Part shown: positions 45,961 through 59,518 of the stretch, piece by piece
Numbering within the stretch: position 1 is the first letter of the stretch
Layout: the number at the start of each line of letters is the position of its first letter
DNA from: the human T2T-CHM13v2.0 reference genome, Homo sapiens
Direction: 5' to 3' (one strand)
Assembly (NCBI RefSeq): GCF_009914755.1
Contig: NC_060931.1
Length of the DNA stretch: 64,000 bases
Notes under the pieces: model-generated
What the model saw: the letters and a program-made list of their open reading frames with translations, nothing else
Told to the model about the DNA's origin: nothing
Database searches by the model: none
Made by a program: the position numbers and the translations under genes

Positions 45961-47459
45961 TCCACATTTTTATTTGGAGAGGTGGTAAAAGAAAATATTA
46001 TTTCAATTATGAAAGCTTTTGTGGGAAAATTGGGGAAAAGACTGGATATTTAAATGTTTGCCAATATGAAAGGTCTTCCACTGAGGCACCCATTTTGAAT
46101 GAAACACTTTGAGTCCACTATCAACTCAGCTGGTAGCTACTTGCCTTGTCCCCAGCCACTGAGAGGACAAGGCAAAAGAGAACAGCAAGGAATTCCCCTG
46201 CATGGGTCCTTTCTGGCTGCCTCACTGTCAGGGCTCTGAAGAGATGGATTGTGAGCACAGCTTCAACAACAAAACCACATTGTGAAAGGTTAAGAGTTTT
46301 TAGTACTTATATACCCTGGGGAATGTTTTGTTTTAAAATATTTCCAAATTTATGAGAGGCGTTGTAAATTCAGGACAAAATATGAATTCATGGTATAGAT
46401 GTTTTAAAATCATTTACACTTGTCAAGTAAGAATTCTAGCTAGATATTTGACACAAATCCCTTGTAAGCAGTCTCATTTTCATGTTTCATGACCCAGGAT
46501 TACTGGACCATGCTCTGTTCCATTTTTGGAACCCAACATGATTTTGCCCTGATTGCCCCCCAAAAGGATTTCATCTTCCTCCACTTATACAGCCACTTAT
46601 ACAGAATATTTGATCAGGAAAATTGAAGCATATGTAGGTATAGGTAGGATATATTTTCAAATCCAGGAAATTAGAGGCTGGCCCACCCCTTGGAGGGCTG
46701 GGAATGCAGAGGTCTTGGAAGCTTGCTGATGCACAGAGCTGGGTGGTTTTGAGGCGCTCATTTGCTGTGACATGCAGGTAGGTCTGCTCATTGTCTCTCT
46801 GCTGTTGCTGCCAGAGAATGGTCCTTCTTCCTTGTCCACCATCCAAATCTCATGTGAATGTCTCATCTTGATTTATTCTCACTTGGACCATACAGTGTAA
46901 GAGGTGATGAGAAATATCATTCTAGGCTCCTCCGTGATTCAGAAACAACAGATGATGTTGGAGGTCGAAAGACTGAGGGTCGTGATCAATTCCGTATACC
47001 ACTGGGGCTATATGAGTAGGCAGCAAACTGTTTCTCATAAATGCAGAATTTTGGCAGACTGACAAACTGCATCTTCCACCCAGAAGGGATATTGAGGGCA
47101 GTTACACCCCAAGCACGATGTTTCTTGTGATTAGGTACATCTGAAGCTTGTTAGTAATCATATGAACCTGTGATCAATTAAGAAGCGGACCAGTAGTTAC
47201 CTCCTGCTCTCTGGCCATTCTACCCAATAAATACGAAGTGCAGTAGAAGCTCAGGGGCTGCTTTTGCTCACTAGAAGGAGGAGTGCTATTCTTCTTCCCC
47301 AGTTCCCCTTCCTATAAAAGTTTCTTTTGTCTTAAGCTTTCATTTCTACGTTTGTCCCTTCATTCCGTCTTGTGATGATGGTTTCAAGTAGTAACAGTAG
47401 TAACTGTCATAGTGACAGTCTCAAGTAATAACCATGGCAGTCAGCCAAAAGTGGCACCT

Positions 47460-47730
47460 GAACAGGGACAAACAGGGACTATCAGAGACAAAAAGAGACC
47501 TGAAGGGACCTGAAGAGGCCTGCAGGGACAAATAGAGATAAGGAGGGATAAATGGAGATAAATAGACAAATAGGGACAAATAGAGATAGGTAGGGAAAGA
47601 CAGGGACTTGCAAGAACTTGCAGGAACTAACAGGGGCTATAGGGACTGAGAGGGACAGATACGGATAGATAAAGACTAGCAAAACTTGCTGGGACAGATA
47701 GGGAGAGTTGGGTCCTAAAGGGACTTGAAT
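47460..47730 (+). repeat. Degenerate purine-rich (agggac/atagag) tandem repeats in the provirus leader
   Basis: Read directly. Confidence 0.7.
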
Positions 47731-49303
47731 GAGGAAGGTCTGCTGGAACAGAAAAAACCAAAGCCCAGAAAAAATTAAAACCAACCAGACGAATGAGAAA
47801 CCCTGTTACAAGTCTGCCTGCAGCAACATAAGGTCAGGGCCCTAGAGGTACAAAGAATGGGAAGTTTTTGAATCAGGGTAACATGGGGAAGAATTTGGCT
47901 ATTTCTTCACTCTTTTGTTTGGAGTTCGGTACGTACTATCTTTTTGTTATTTCAGGGTTTTAGGGAATTTTTTGCCCCACCTACAGCACCTATCAAAAGT
48001 AGTGAACAGGAGAGGGAGAATGGAAATTGGCTTGTACCATCTTCCTTTGTGGCTACAGAAAGGCTAACTTTAGCTTTGGCTTTCTGGGATTGTAAACCTG
48101 CATTGGCACCTGTGAGATGTGCAGAGAACTTGGGAGGTTTTCTCGGAGCTTGTCGGGATGTGGGAAGTGAGCTTCATTGCTCTGCAGTATTGACTCAGAC
48201 AATGGCTAATTTGGTAGCTGACAGATCTAAAAGAAGCCAAGGGTCAAGCCCTAATGTGGGAAAGTGTTATAAGTGTAGAAAAATTGGACATTTCAAAAAA
48301 GAACACTGCCAGACCTCTGGGCAAAAGGGATCTTGTAACACAGTTCCCCTCTTAACAGAAAAAATGCCAGGACTTGGCCCTCATTGCAATAAAGGGAATC
48401 ATTGAGTTAATCAATGCCACTCAAAGTTTCATCAAAATGGCAGCCCCCTCTTGGGAAGTGAGAAGGGGGCCTGGACCCTGGCACCTCAAAAAATGAGGGC
48501 ATTCCCTGTCCAGAGAACAGCTTCATTTCAGGGATTGGTTTCCAGAGGCATATTGATTCCCTCTCCCCAGGAACACCTGGAAGCGCAGGATTAGATGGCC
48601 CAGTTAGAGAGCAGGTTACGTTAATTGGAAGAAACAAACTCACTAAGATTCCCATTGGCATTTGTGGACCTTTGCCAACAGGATACATGGGATTAATTTT
48701 GGGCAAAAGCTGTCTTAACTTACAGGCCCAGGAGTTGGTAATTGGGATTGTGAAGGAGAAATTCAAGCAGTGGTAACGTCACAAGATCTTTGGGTTTTTG
48801 AACCAGGAGAATATATTGCTCAACTGTTGCTTATTCCCTATAAATTGTACCCCTCTCTACATAAGAAGAAGTGAGGAGGTCAGGGATTTGGAAGTGCAAC
48901 TGGGAGAGAGACTTACCTATCACAACCCGTGGCATCTAATAGACCCACCTATACAGTGCAAATCAAAGGAAAGAAGTTTTATGGGCTTATGGATATAGGA
49001 GCTGATGTGTCAGTGTGTCAGTAATATCTAAAAACAATTGGCCCCTATCTCGGTCCCTAAAACTATCTTCTACATCCCTAGTGGGAGTAGGAACAGCTCA
49101 AAGTGTTCAACAGAGTGCTGAGATTCTGTCATGTCTCAGACTGGATGGGCGGTTCGTGTTTTGTGTCTCAAGGTTTAAAGGAGTCTTTTGCCCTGCATGT
49201 TGAACCCACCGGGGGTGGAGGGCAGGAGAGGGAGGATGAGAATTGGCCTGTACTGCCCTTTTCAGTAGTAGAGACACCTGTACTATCTTCTGAAGCAGAA
49301 ACA

Positions 49304-49449
49304 GAGACCCTAATAGTTAGGCAGGAATATCATCACCCCTATTCAGCCTGAAGAAGTTACAGAAGACAGATCTTCATCCCTCTGCAACCCTTAGGATTAA
49401 GGGTCCTCTTGTAAAGGGGGAGATATGTCAGAGGCATTCAAACCAGGGC
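49304..49449 (+). mobile_element. MER41-type (ERV1) internal 3' end, PPT and first ~24 nt of LTR, embedded in the HML-6 provirus
   Basis: cctattcagcctgaagaagttacagaaga...aaagggggagata|TGTCAGAGGCATTCAAACCAG matches the recalled MER41 internal/LTR junction. Confidence 0.7.
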
Positions 49450-51744
49450 CGTTTCACTTGTTTCTGGGACTTCAACAAGCTGTTCACTCTCATGCTGCTC
49501 CTTTTCATGTTTCTAATGTTCACCCTCACACACTGCTCCCTGGGCTGCTCTCTTTGGGTGGTGATGGAATGAGAGACTGGAGAAGGATAAGCCTCGATTT
49601 GCTCTCTGTGTGCCTTCTGTTAATCAGAAAGAGCCAGCCTCTCATTATCAATGGAAAGTTTTACCCTGCGGTAATTAACCAAAGAGACAGAAGCTGAGTT
49701 ACAGGTTGCAGAGCAGACGCTTCAGCAACGGCATGCCTCCCGGCTACAGCCACAAAAACTTTTTGCTTCTGCTTTGCTAGATTTACTAACGTGGGGGCGA
49801 GGGTATGCTTGTGTTTTCACAGCAAATGAACAAACCATGTGGGTGCCCTCAAGGTGTGTACAACCATGGAACAGGAGATTGGAGGGAACCATGGATCCCA
49901 GCCACAGGCCTGGTTCCCCCAGTGTGAGCCATGAGCCAGTTGAATCTGAATGTGAAGACGAACGAACCACCAACCAGCAATTGAAGGCTGCACATTTTGC
50001 AATTGCCTTATTCAATTAATTCAAAAACAAAAAGGGAGAAATGTTGGAGGACAAAAGATTGAGGGTCGTGGTCAATTCAGCATACCACTGGAGGCTATAT
50101 GAGTAGGCAGCAAACTGTTTCTCAAATGCAGAATGTTGGCAGACCGACAAACTGTGTCTTCCACCCAGAAGGGATACTGAGGGCAGTGACGGCCAAGTGC
50201 AATGTTTGTTGTGATTAGGTACATCTGAAGCCTGTTAGTAATAATGTGAACCTGTGTTCAATTAAGCAGCTGACCAATCATTACCTTCTGCTCCCTGGTC
50301 ATTCTACCCAATAAATACGAAGCGTGGTAGAAGCTCAGGGGCGGCCTTTGCTCACTAGAAGCAGGGAGCCCTTTTCTTCTTCCCCAGTTCCCTTTCCTTT
50401 AAAATGGTTTCTTTTGTCTTAAGTTTTCATTTCTATGTTCGTCCCTTCATTCAGTCTTGTAATGACGGTCTCAAGTAGTAACAGTAGTAACTGTCATAGT
50501 GACAGTCTCAAGTAATAACCATGGCAGTCAGCCACAAGATGATTTGGCACTGCTGAAGCATTCATAGAGCAGCATTCATCATCTATCTGACCTTTTTGTG
50601 GGAAATGTTTCCTAGCCCATTCAAGACACTTATGCTCATTGATGCTGGGTATACCCAGGACAAAGTAGTTTTGATCTTGTATTTTGACTACTTGCTATCT
50701 GTCTCCTACAGTTATGGCTGATGAAGAACACTTCCTTATTCACCATTGGATTCCAATATCCTGGAGTGTGTGAAGCACTCGTTAAATATTTTTCACCCAT
50801 TTGGCAGTGGTACATCCCCCTTGCCCTTGGAGAATGGTAAAACTTGGCTCAAGCTGCATTTCCACAGCACACAGAATCCAAACTCCCTCCTGCAGGGAGC
50901 TTTCTGCACTCACTTCCTCATCCTTCCCCTACTTCCTCCTGCGTGTGCCACTGTCCTCTGTCTTACCCCATTTCATGCACTTGCAGTTCATTCACCTGAA
51001 GTTCAGTTTTCTGCCTAGTTTCCACCATCATAATAGTGATCAGCATTATGTAAGCTTCAGCAGCTTTCCCAGAGATTTTGAGTTACAGGGGAAGGTACCA
51101 AAGACAGCACTGGGCATTTCTATACCAAGCTCACTCTCCTCCCTCTGGCTTGGAAAGAGAAACTGTTTATCCCTCTACACCCAGGAGGAAACAACTCTGG
51201 AGTTGCTTAATAAATTGTCATCTTCTCAGGAATGTAGATGACTGATCAATTCCAGGATGTTAGAGAGCCTGACACCCACTGGAGCACTTCCTACTATTGT
51301 TTTAACTTTCCAAAAACAAGAAACAGACTGTCCTTTCCCCTTTGCCCTGTGGTGACCAGACATGACCTTCATTTTTGCTTTCTCTTTCCACTCTACAGTC
51401 ACCAATGAAGGTCTCCTTCTGGTAGCTCTGCCTGGGTCAGATTCTGTTGGTTTTCTCTCCTGGGTCTGTCACTCTGTGGTTGTCAGGTGGCCCAGGATGG
51501 GGAATAACTCCCTTCTGTTCCAGTAGGAGGATTAAGACACTTACTTTGAGCTCTGGTCCCAGCTCTGGTCTCTACTCCATCTTTATTAGAAAGTCATATC
51601 CTTCTGGTAAAAAGACGGTATTTTGCCTGATTTGATTGAATTCTTTGTGTGTTCTATGTCCTTCAGAATCCTGCAGGGGAGAAGGGTCTTTGGCACCCTG
51701 TCATTTACTAGGAATGTTGGAAATAGGGGAAATGCCTTGAACAT

Positions 51745-51852
51745 TAGGTGTTAGGAATGCCAATTCCCAGGTTCCACTCTACACCTACTTCCTCAGAAAG
51801 TTTGTATTTTAACAAGCTTAAATGCATGCTAATGCTTGAGGTTCTTTGAGAA
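51745..51852. mobile_element. MER5-like DNA transposon fragment
   Basis: aatgccaattcccaggttccactctacacctact...tgtattttaacaagc pattern. Confidence 0.4.
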
Positions 51853-52349
51853 TGCAATATTTGCTTCATAGGCATATAGAAAAATCAGCTGCCAACATTC
51901 AAAAATATTAATAGAATTTTTTCAGCCATGTTAGCCTGAGTACTTTCTTCAGAATGGATTGTCTGCATTTTATCATTTCTCCAATTTCCATGTCAAGGCC
52001 CAGGTTTCCAGGTTACTAGACACTAGCGTTTTATACAGAAGTCTAGGTAATAAGATATGGAAACCCACATCCTCTTCTAGGGGAAAAGAGCCAGAGGGGA
52101 ATGCAGAAAAATAAAGCAGTCAAATGTGTATCCTGAGTTTTGTCTCTCCAGATGTTGGCTCAGGAAATAGATTTATTAGATATCAGAGTTCTACTCATCC
52201 CTTGAACCTTGGTCTGGGGAGTACTTTCAGAGTAACAGTCTTTCTAATGTGGCTGTGGCCACGTGTAGTTCCTCATTTTGCGGATCTAAACACCTTTACT
52301 TTTTGTCTGGTTTTCATCACTCTATGCTGCTTTCCAATATTTTATTCTT

Positions 52350-55300
52350 TTTTAAAAAATTATACTCTAAGTTCTGGATACGTGTGCAGAACGTACAGGT
52401 TTGTTACATAGGTATACACGTGCCATGGTGGTTTGCTACACCCATCAACCCGTCATCTATATTAGGTATTTCTCCTAATGCTGTCCCTCCCTCAGCCCCC
52501 CACCCCACAACAGGCCCCAGTGTGTGATGTTCCCCTTCCTGTGTCTATGTGTTCTCATTGTTCAACTCTCACTTATGAGTGAGAACATGCAGTGTTTGGT
52601 TTTCTGTTCCTGTGTTAGTTTGCTGAGAATGATGGTTTCCAGCTTCAACCTTGTCCCTGAAAAGGACATGAGCTCATCTTTTTTAATGGCTGCATAGTAT
52701 TCCATGGTATGTATGTGCCACATTTTCTTTATCCAGTCTACCATTGATGGGCATTTGGGTTGGTTCCAAGTCATTGCTATTGTGAATAGTGCTGCAATAA
52801 ACATATATGTGCATGTGTCTTTATAGTAGAATGATATATAACCCTTTGGGTTTATACCCAGTAATGGGATTGCTGGGTCAAATGGTATTTCTGGTTCTAG
52901 ATCCTTGAGGAATTGCCACACTATCTTCCACAATGGTTGAACTAATTTACACTCCCACTCTTGGGTATACACCCAAAGGATTATATATCATTCTACTATA
53001 AAAATGAAAAAGTGTTACTATTTCTACACTTTTACACTGTTGGTGGGAGTATAAATTAGTTTGACCATTGTGGAAGACAGTGTGGCAATTCCTCAAGGAT
53101 CTAGAACTAGAATTACCATTCGACCCAGCCATCCCATTACTGGGTATATACCCAAAGGATTATAAATTATTCTACTATAAATGCACATGCACACATATGT
53201 CTATTGTGGCACTATTCACAATAGCAAAGACTTGGAACCAACCCAAGTGTCCATCAGTGATAGACTGGATTAAGAAAATGTGGCCCCCTATACACCATGG
53301 AATACTATGCAGCCATAAAAAAGGATGAGTTCATGTCCTTTGTAGGGACATGGATGAAGGTGGAAACCATCATTCTCAGCAAACTATCACCAGGACAGAA
53401 AACCAAACACCGCATGTTCTCACTCATAGGTGGGAATTGAACAATGAGAATACATGGACACAGGGTGGGGAACATCACACACTGGGGCCTGTTGTGGGGT
53501 GGGGGGAAGGGGGAGGGATAGCATTAGGAGAAATACCTAATGTAAATGAGGAGTTGATGGGTGCAGCAAAACAACATGGCACATGTGTACCTATGTATCA
53601 AACCTGCATGTTGTGCACACGTACTCTAGATCTTAAAGTATACTAATAAAAAATACATATATTTTTAAAAAGTGTTCCTATTTCTCCACATCCTCTCCAG
53701 CATCTGTTGTTTGCTGACTTTTTAATGATGGCCATTCTAAGTAGTATGAGATGGTATCTCATTGTGGATTTGATTTGCATTTCTCTAATGAGCAATGATG
53801 ATGAGTTTTTTCATGTTTTTTGGCGCATAAATGTCTTCTTTTGATAAGTGTCTGTGGATGTTGTTTACCCCACTTTTTGATGGGGTTGTTTGTTTTTTTC
53901 TTGTAAATTTGTTTAAGTTCCTTGTAGATTTGGATATTAGCCGTTTGTCAGATGGATAGATTGCAAAAATTTTCTCCCATTTTGTAGGTTTCCTCTTCAC
54001 TCTGATGATAGTTTCTTTTGCTGTATAGAAGCTCTTTAGTTTAATTAGACCCCATTTGTCAATTTTGGCTTTTGTTGCCATTGCTGTTGGTGTTTTAGTC
54101 ATGAAGTCTTTGCCCATGCCTACGTCTTCAATGGTATTGCCTAGGTTTTCTTCTAGGGTTTTTATGGTTTTAGGTTTTATGTTTAAGTCTTTAATCCATC
54201 TTGAGTTAATTTTTATAGAAGGTGTAAGGAAGGCATCCAGTTTCTGTTTTCTGCATATGGCTAGCCAGTTTTCCCAACACCATTTATTAAATAGGGAATC
54301 CTTTTCCCATTGCTTGTTTTTGTCAGGTTTGTCAAAGACCAGATGGTTGTAGTTGGATGGCATTATCTTTGAGACCTCTGTTCTATTCCATTGGTCTATG
54401 TATCGGTTTCAGTATCAGTATCATGCTGTTTTAGTTACTGTAGCCTTGTAGTATAGTTTGAAGTCAGGTAGCACGATGCTCCAGCTTTGTTCTTTTTGCT
54501 TAGGATTGTCTTGGCTATATGGGCTCTTTTTTGGTTCCATATGAAATTTAAAGTAGTTTTTTCTAATTCTGTGAATAAAGACAATGGTAGCTTAATGGAG
54601 ATAGCATTGAATCTATAAATTACTTTAGGCAGTATGGCCATTTTCATGATATTGATTCTTTCTATCCATGAGTGTGGAAAGTTTTTCCATTTGTTTGTGT
54701 CCTCTCTTATTTCCTTGAGCAGTGGTTTGTAGTTCTCCTTGAAGAGGTCCTTCACATCCCTTGTAAGTTGTACTCCTAGGTATTTTTTTCTCTCTGTAGC
54801 AATTGTGAATAGGAGTTCACTCATTATTTGGCTCTCTGTTTGTCTATTATTGGTGTATAGGAATGCTTGTGATTTTTGCACATTGATTTTGTAACCTGAG
54901 ACTTTGCTAAAGTTGCTTATCAGCTTAAGGAGATTTTGGGCTGAGAATGGGGTTTTTTAAATATACAATCATGTCATCTGCAAACAGAGACAATTTGACT
55001 TCCTCTCTTCCTGTTTTTGAATACTCTTTATTTCTTTCTCTAGCCTGATTGCCCTGGCCAGAACTTCCAATACTATGTTGAATAGGAGTGGTGAGAGAGG
55101 GCAGGTTTGTCTTGTGCTGGTTTTCAAAGGGAATGCTTCCAGCTTCTGCCTATTCAGTATGATATTGGCAGTGGGTTTGTCATAAGTAGCTCTTATTATT
55201 TTGAGATACATTCCATCAGTACCAAGTTTATTGACAGTTTTTAGCATGAAGGGGTATTGAATTCTATCTAAGGCCTTTTCTGCATCTATTGAGATAATCA

Positions 55301-58300
55301 TGTGGTTTTTGTCATTGGTTCTGTTTATGTGATGGATTATGTTTATTGATTTGCACATGTTGAACAGCCTTGAGTCCCAGGGATGAAGCTGACTTGATGG
55401 CGGTGGATAAGCTTTTTGATGTGCTGCTGGATTTGGTTTGCCAGTATTTTATTGAGGATTTTCACATCGATGTTCATCAGGGATATTGGCCTGAAAGTTT
55501 CTTTTTTTGTTGTTGTGTCTCTGCCAGGTTTTGGTATTAGGATGATACTGGTCTTATAAAATGAGTTAGGAAGGAGTCCCTCTTTTTCTATTGTTTGGAA
55601 TAGTTTGAGAAGTAATGGTATCTGCTCTTCTTTTTACCTCTGGTGGAATTCATCTGTGAATCTGCCTGGTCCTGTGCTATTTTTGGTTGGTAGGCTATTA
55701 GTTACTGCCTCAATTTCAGAACTTGTTATTGGTCTATTCAGGGATTCGACTTCTTCCTAGTTTAGTCTTGGAGGGTGTATGTCTCCAGGAATTTATCCAT
55801 TTCTTCTAGATTTTCTAGTTATTTGCATAGAGATGTTTATAGCATTCTCTGCTGGTAGCTTGTATTTCTGTGGGATCAGTGGGTAATATCCAGTTTATCA
55901 TTTTTTATTGTGTCTATTTCATTCTTCTCTCTTTTCTCCTTTATTAATTTGGCTAGTGGTATATCTATTTTGTTAATCTTTTTTAAAGAAAAAAACAGCT
56001 CCTGGATTCATTGATTTTTTGAAGGTTTTTTTCATGTCTCTACCTCCTTCAGTTCTGGTCTGATCTTATTTCTTGTCTTGTAGCTAGCTTTTGAATTTGC
56101 TTGCTTTTGCTTCTCTAGTCCTTTTAATTGTGATATCATGGTGTCAATTTTAGATATTTCCCTTTTTTTCCTGTAGGCATTTAGTGCTATAATTTTTCCT
56201 CTAAACACTGCTTTAGCTGTGTCCCAGAGATTCTGATACATTGTGTCTTTGTTCTCATTAGTTTCAAAGAACTTCATTATTTCTGCCTTAATTTCGTTAT
56301 TTACCCAGTAGTCATTCAGGAGCAGGTTGTTCACTTTCCACGTTCTCGTGCAATTTTGAGTGAGTTTCTGAATCTTGAGTTCTAATTTGATTGCACTGTG
56401 GTCTGAGAAACTGTTACTATTTCCCTTCTTTTGCATTTGCTGAGGAGTGTTTTACTTCCAATTATGTGGTCAGTTTTAGACTAAGTGCAATGTGGTGCTG
56501 AGAAGAATGTATATTCTGTTGATTTGGGGTGGAGAGTTCTTTAGATGTCTACTGGGTCTGCTTTGTTCAGAGCTAAGTTCAAGTCCTGAATATTGTTGTT
56601 AATTATCTGTCATGTTGATCTGTCTAATATTGACAGTGAGGTGTTAATGCCTACCACTACTATTGTGTGGGAGTCTAAGTCTCTTCATAGGTCTCTAAGA
56701 ACTTTATGAATTTGGGTGCTCCTGTATTGGGTGCATATGTATTTAGGATAGTTAGCTCTTCTTGTTGCATTGATCTCTTTACCATTATATAATGCCCCTC
56801 TTTGTCTTTTTTGATCTTTGTTGGTTTAAAGTCTGTTTTTATCAGAGACTAGGATTACAACCCCTGCTTTTTTTTTTCTCTCTATTTGCTTGGTAAATAT
56901 TCCTCCATCCATTTATTTTGAGCCTATGTCTGTCTTTGCACCTAAGATGGGTCTCCTGAATACAGCAGCACACGTTGGGTCTTGACTCTACATCCAATTT
57001 GCCAGTTTGTGTCTTTTAATTGGGGGCATTTAGCCCATTTACATTTAAAGTTAATATTGTTATGTGAATTTGATCCTGTCATTATGATGCTAGCTGGCTA
57101 TTTTGCCCGTTAGTTGATGCTGTTTCTTCATAGTGTCAATGGTCTTTACAATTTGTTATGTTTTTGCAGCAGCTGGTACTGGTTGTTTCTTTCCATGTTT
57201 CATGCTTCCTTCAGGTGTTCTTGTAAGGCAGGCCTGATGGTGACAAAATCTCTCAGTATTTGCTTGTCTGTAAAGGATTTTATTTCTGTTTCACTTATGA
57301 AGCTTAGTTTGGCTGGATATAAAATTCTGGGTTGAAATTTCTTTTATTTCAGAATGTTGAATATTGACAACCCCCAACTCTCTTCTGCCTCGTTTAGTTT
57401 CTGCAGAGAGATACACTGTTAATCTGATGAGCTTCCCTTTGTGGGTAACCTGATCTTTCTCTCTGGCTGCCCTTAACGTTTTTTTCCTTCATTTCAACTT
57501 TGTTGAATCTGACAATTATATGTCTTGGGGTTGCTCTTCTCGAGGAGTATCTTTGTGGTGGTTTCTGAATTTCTTGAATTAGAATGTTGGCCTGTCTTGC
57601 TAGGTTGGGGAAGTTCTCCTGGATAATATCCTGGAGAGTGTTTTTCAACTTGGGTCCATTTTCCCCATAACTTTCAGGTACACCAATCAAATGTCTTTTC
57701 ACATAGTTCCATATTTCTTGGAGGCTTTGTTCCTTCCTTTTCATACTTTTTTTCTCTAATCTTTCCTTCATGCTTTATTTCATTAAGTTGATCTTCAGTC
57801 TCTGAAATCCTTTCTTCAGCTTGATCCATTTGGCTATTGATACTTGTGTATACTTCACAAAGTTCTCGTACTGTGTTTTTCAGCTTCATCAGGTCATTTA
57901 TGTTCTTCTCTAAACTGATTATTCTGGTTAGCAATTTCTCTAACCTTTTTCAAGGTTCTTAGCTTTCTTGCATTGGGTTAGAACATGCTTCTTTAGCTCA
58001 GAGGAGTTTGTTATTACCCACCTTCTGAAGCCTACCTCTGTCAATTCTTCAAATTCATTCTCTGTCCAGTTTTGTTCCCTTGCTGGTGAAGAGTTGTGAT
58101 CCTTTGGAGGAGAAGAGGCATTCTGGTTTTTGGAATTTTCAGCCTTCTTGCACTGGCTTTTCCTCATCTTCGTCAATTTATCTGCCTTTGGTCTTTCATG
58201 TTGGTGACCTTCAAATGGGGTACCTGTGTGGACGTCCTTTTTGTTGATGTTGATGCTATTCTTTTCTGTTTGTTAGTTTTCTTTCTAACAGTTAGGTCCC

Positions 58301-59518
58301 TTTTCTGCAGGTCTGCTGGAGTTTTTTGGAGATCCACCCCAGACCCTGTTTGCTTGGGTATCACCAGCCGAGGCTGCAGAATAGCAAAGATTGCTGCCTG
58401 TTCCTTCCTCTGGAAGCTTTGTCTTAGAGGGGCACCTGCCATGTGCCAGCTGGAGCTCTCCTGTATGAGGTGTTTGTTGACCCCTGCTGGGAGGTTTCTT
58501 CCAGTCAGGAGGCACCAGGATCAGGGACCTACTTGAGGAGGCAGTCTGTCCCTTGGCAGAGCTCAAGTGCTGTACTGGGAGATCCACTGCTCTCTTCAAA
58601 GCCAGCAGGCAGGAAAGTTTAAGTCTGCTGAAGCTGTGCCCACTGCTGCCCCTTTTCCCAGGTGCTCTGTCCCAGGAAGATGGGAGTTTTATCTATAAGC
58701 CCCTGACTGCGGCTGCTGCCTTTCTTTCAGAGATGCCCTGCCCAGAGAGGAGGAATCTAGAGAGGCAGTCTGGGTACAGGGGCTTTGCTGAGCTGCAGTG
58801 GGCTTTGCTCAGTTCAAACCTCTTGGGGACTTTGTGTACACCGTGAGGAGAAAACCACCTACTCAACCCTCAGCAATGCTGGATACCACCCCTCCCCGCC
58901 CACCCCCCAAGCTCAAGCATCTCAGGTTGACTTCAGACTGCTGTGCTGGCAGCGAGAATTTCAAGCCAATGGGTCTTAGCTTGCTGGACTCCATGGGGGT
59001 GGGATCTGCTGAGCTAGACCACTTGGCTCCGTGGCTTCAGCCCCCTTTCTAGGGGAGTGAACAGTTCTGTCTTGCTGGCATTCCAGGCACCACGGGCGTA
59101 TGAAAAAAAATCTCCTGCTGCTAGCTCGGTGTCTGCCCAAGTGGCTGCCCAGTTTTGTGATTGAAACCCAGGGCCCTGGTGATGTAGGCCCAAGGAAATC
59201 TCCTGGTCTGTGGGTTGTGAAGATGGTGGGAAAAGCACAGTATCTGGGCTGGAATGCACCATCCCTCATGGCACAGTCTCTCACGGCTACCCTTGGTTAG
59301 GGGAGGGAGTTCCCTGACCCCTTGTGTTTCCTGGGTTAGGCAACACCTCACCCTGCTTCTGCTCATCCTCCGTGGGCTGCACCCACTGTCTAACCAATCC
59401 CAATGAGATCAGCCATGTACCTCAGTTGGAAATGCAGAAATCACCTGCCTTCTGTGTTGATCTTGCTGGGAGCTGCAGACTGGATCTGTTTTTATTTGGC
59501 CATCTTGAGAAGTTTGAG
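52350..59518 (-). mobile_element. Full-length L1 (L1PA7-like), disrupted, containing a nested L1
   Basis: 5' UTR through 3' UTR present; exact 15-bp TSD caatattttattctt at 52335-52349 and 59519-59533. Confidence 0.95.
53030..53666 (+). mobile_element. 5'-truncated L1 (L1PA6-like) inserted antisense into the L1PA7-like host
   Basis: ORF2 end, 3' UTR and A-tail; duplicated host sequence aaaaagtgtt(a/c)ctatttct(a/c)cac at 53007-53029 and 53667-53689. Confidence 0.9.

Larger units (their letters stand above)
46956..50536 (+). mobile_element. Internally deleted HERV-K(HML-6)-like provirus with two LTR3-type LTRs (46956-47449, 50042-50536)
   Basis: Paired ~495-bp direct repeats; exact TSD AGATGA; tRNA-Lys PBS tggcacctgaacagggac at 47452-47469; gag zinc knuckle CYKCRKIGHFKKEH; dUTPase/protease remnants; WGRGYAC integrase end; PPT at 50024-50041. 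Confidence 0.88.

Noticed and set aside
47452-47469. tRNA gene
   Set aside because: Only an 18-nt primer-binding site complementary to the tRNA-Lys 3' end.
50543-52334. Possible additional GIMAP exon or pseudogene in the unique-looking interval
   Set aside because: No P-loop, DTPG or AIG1 motifs in any listed frame; I could not support a coding or regulatory call from sequence alone.
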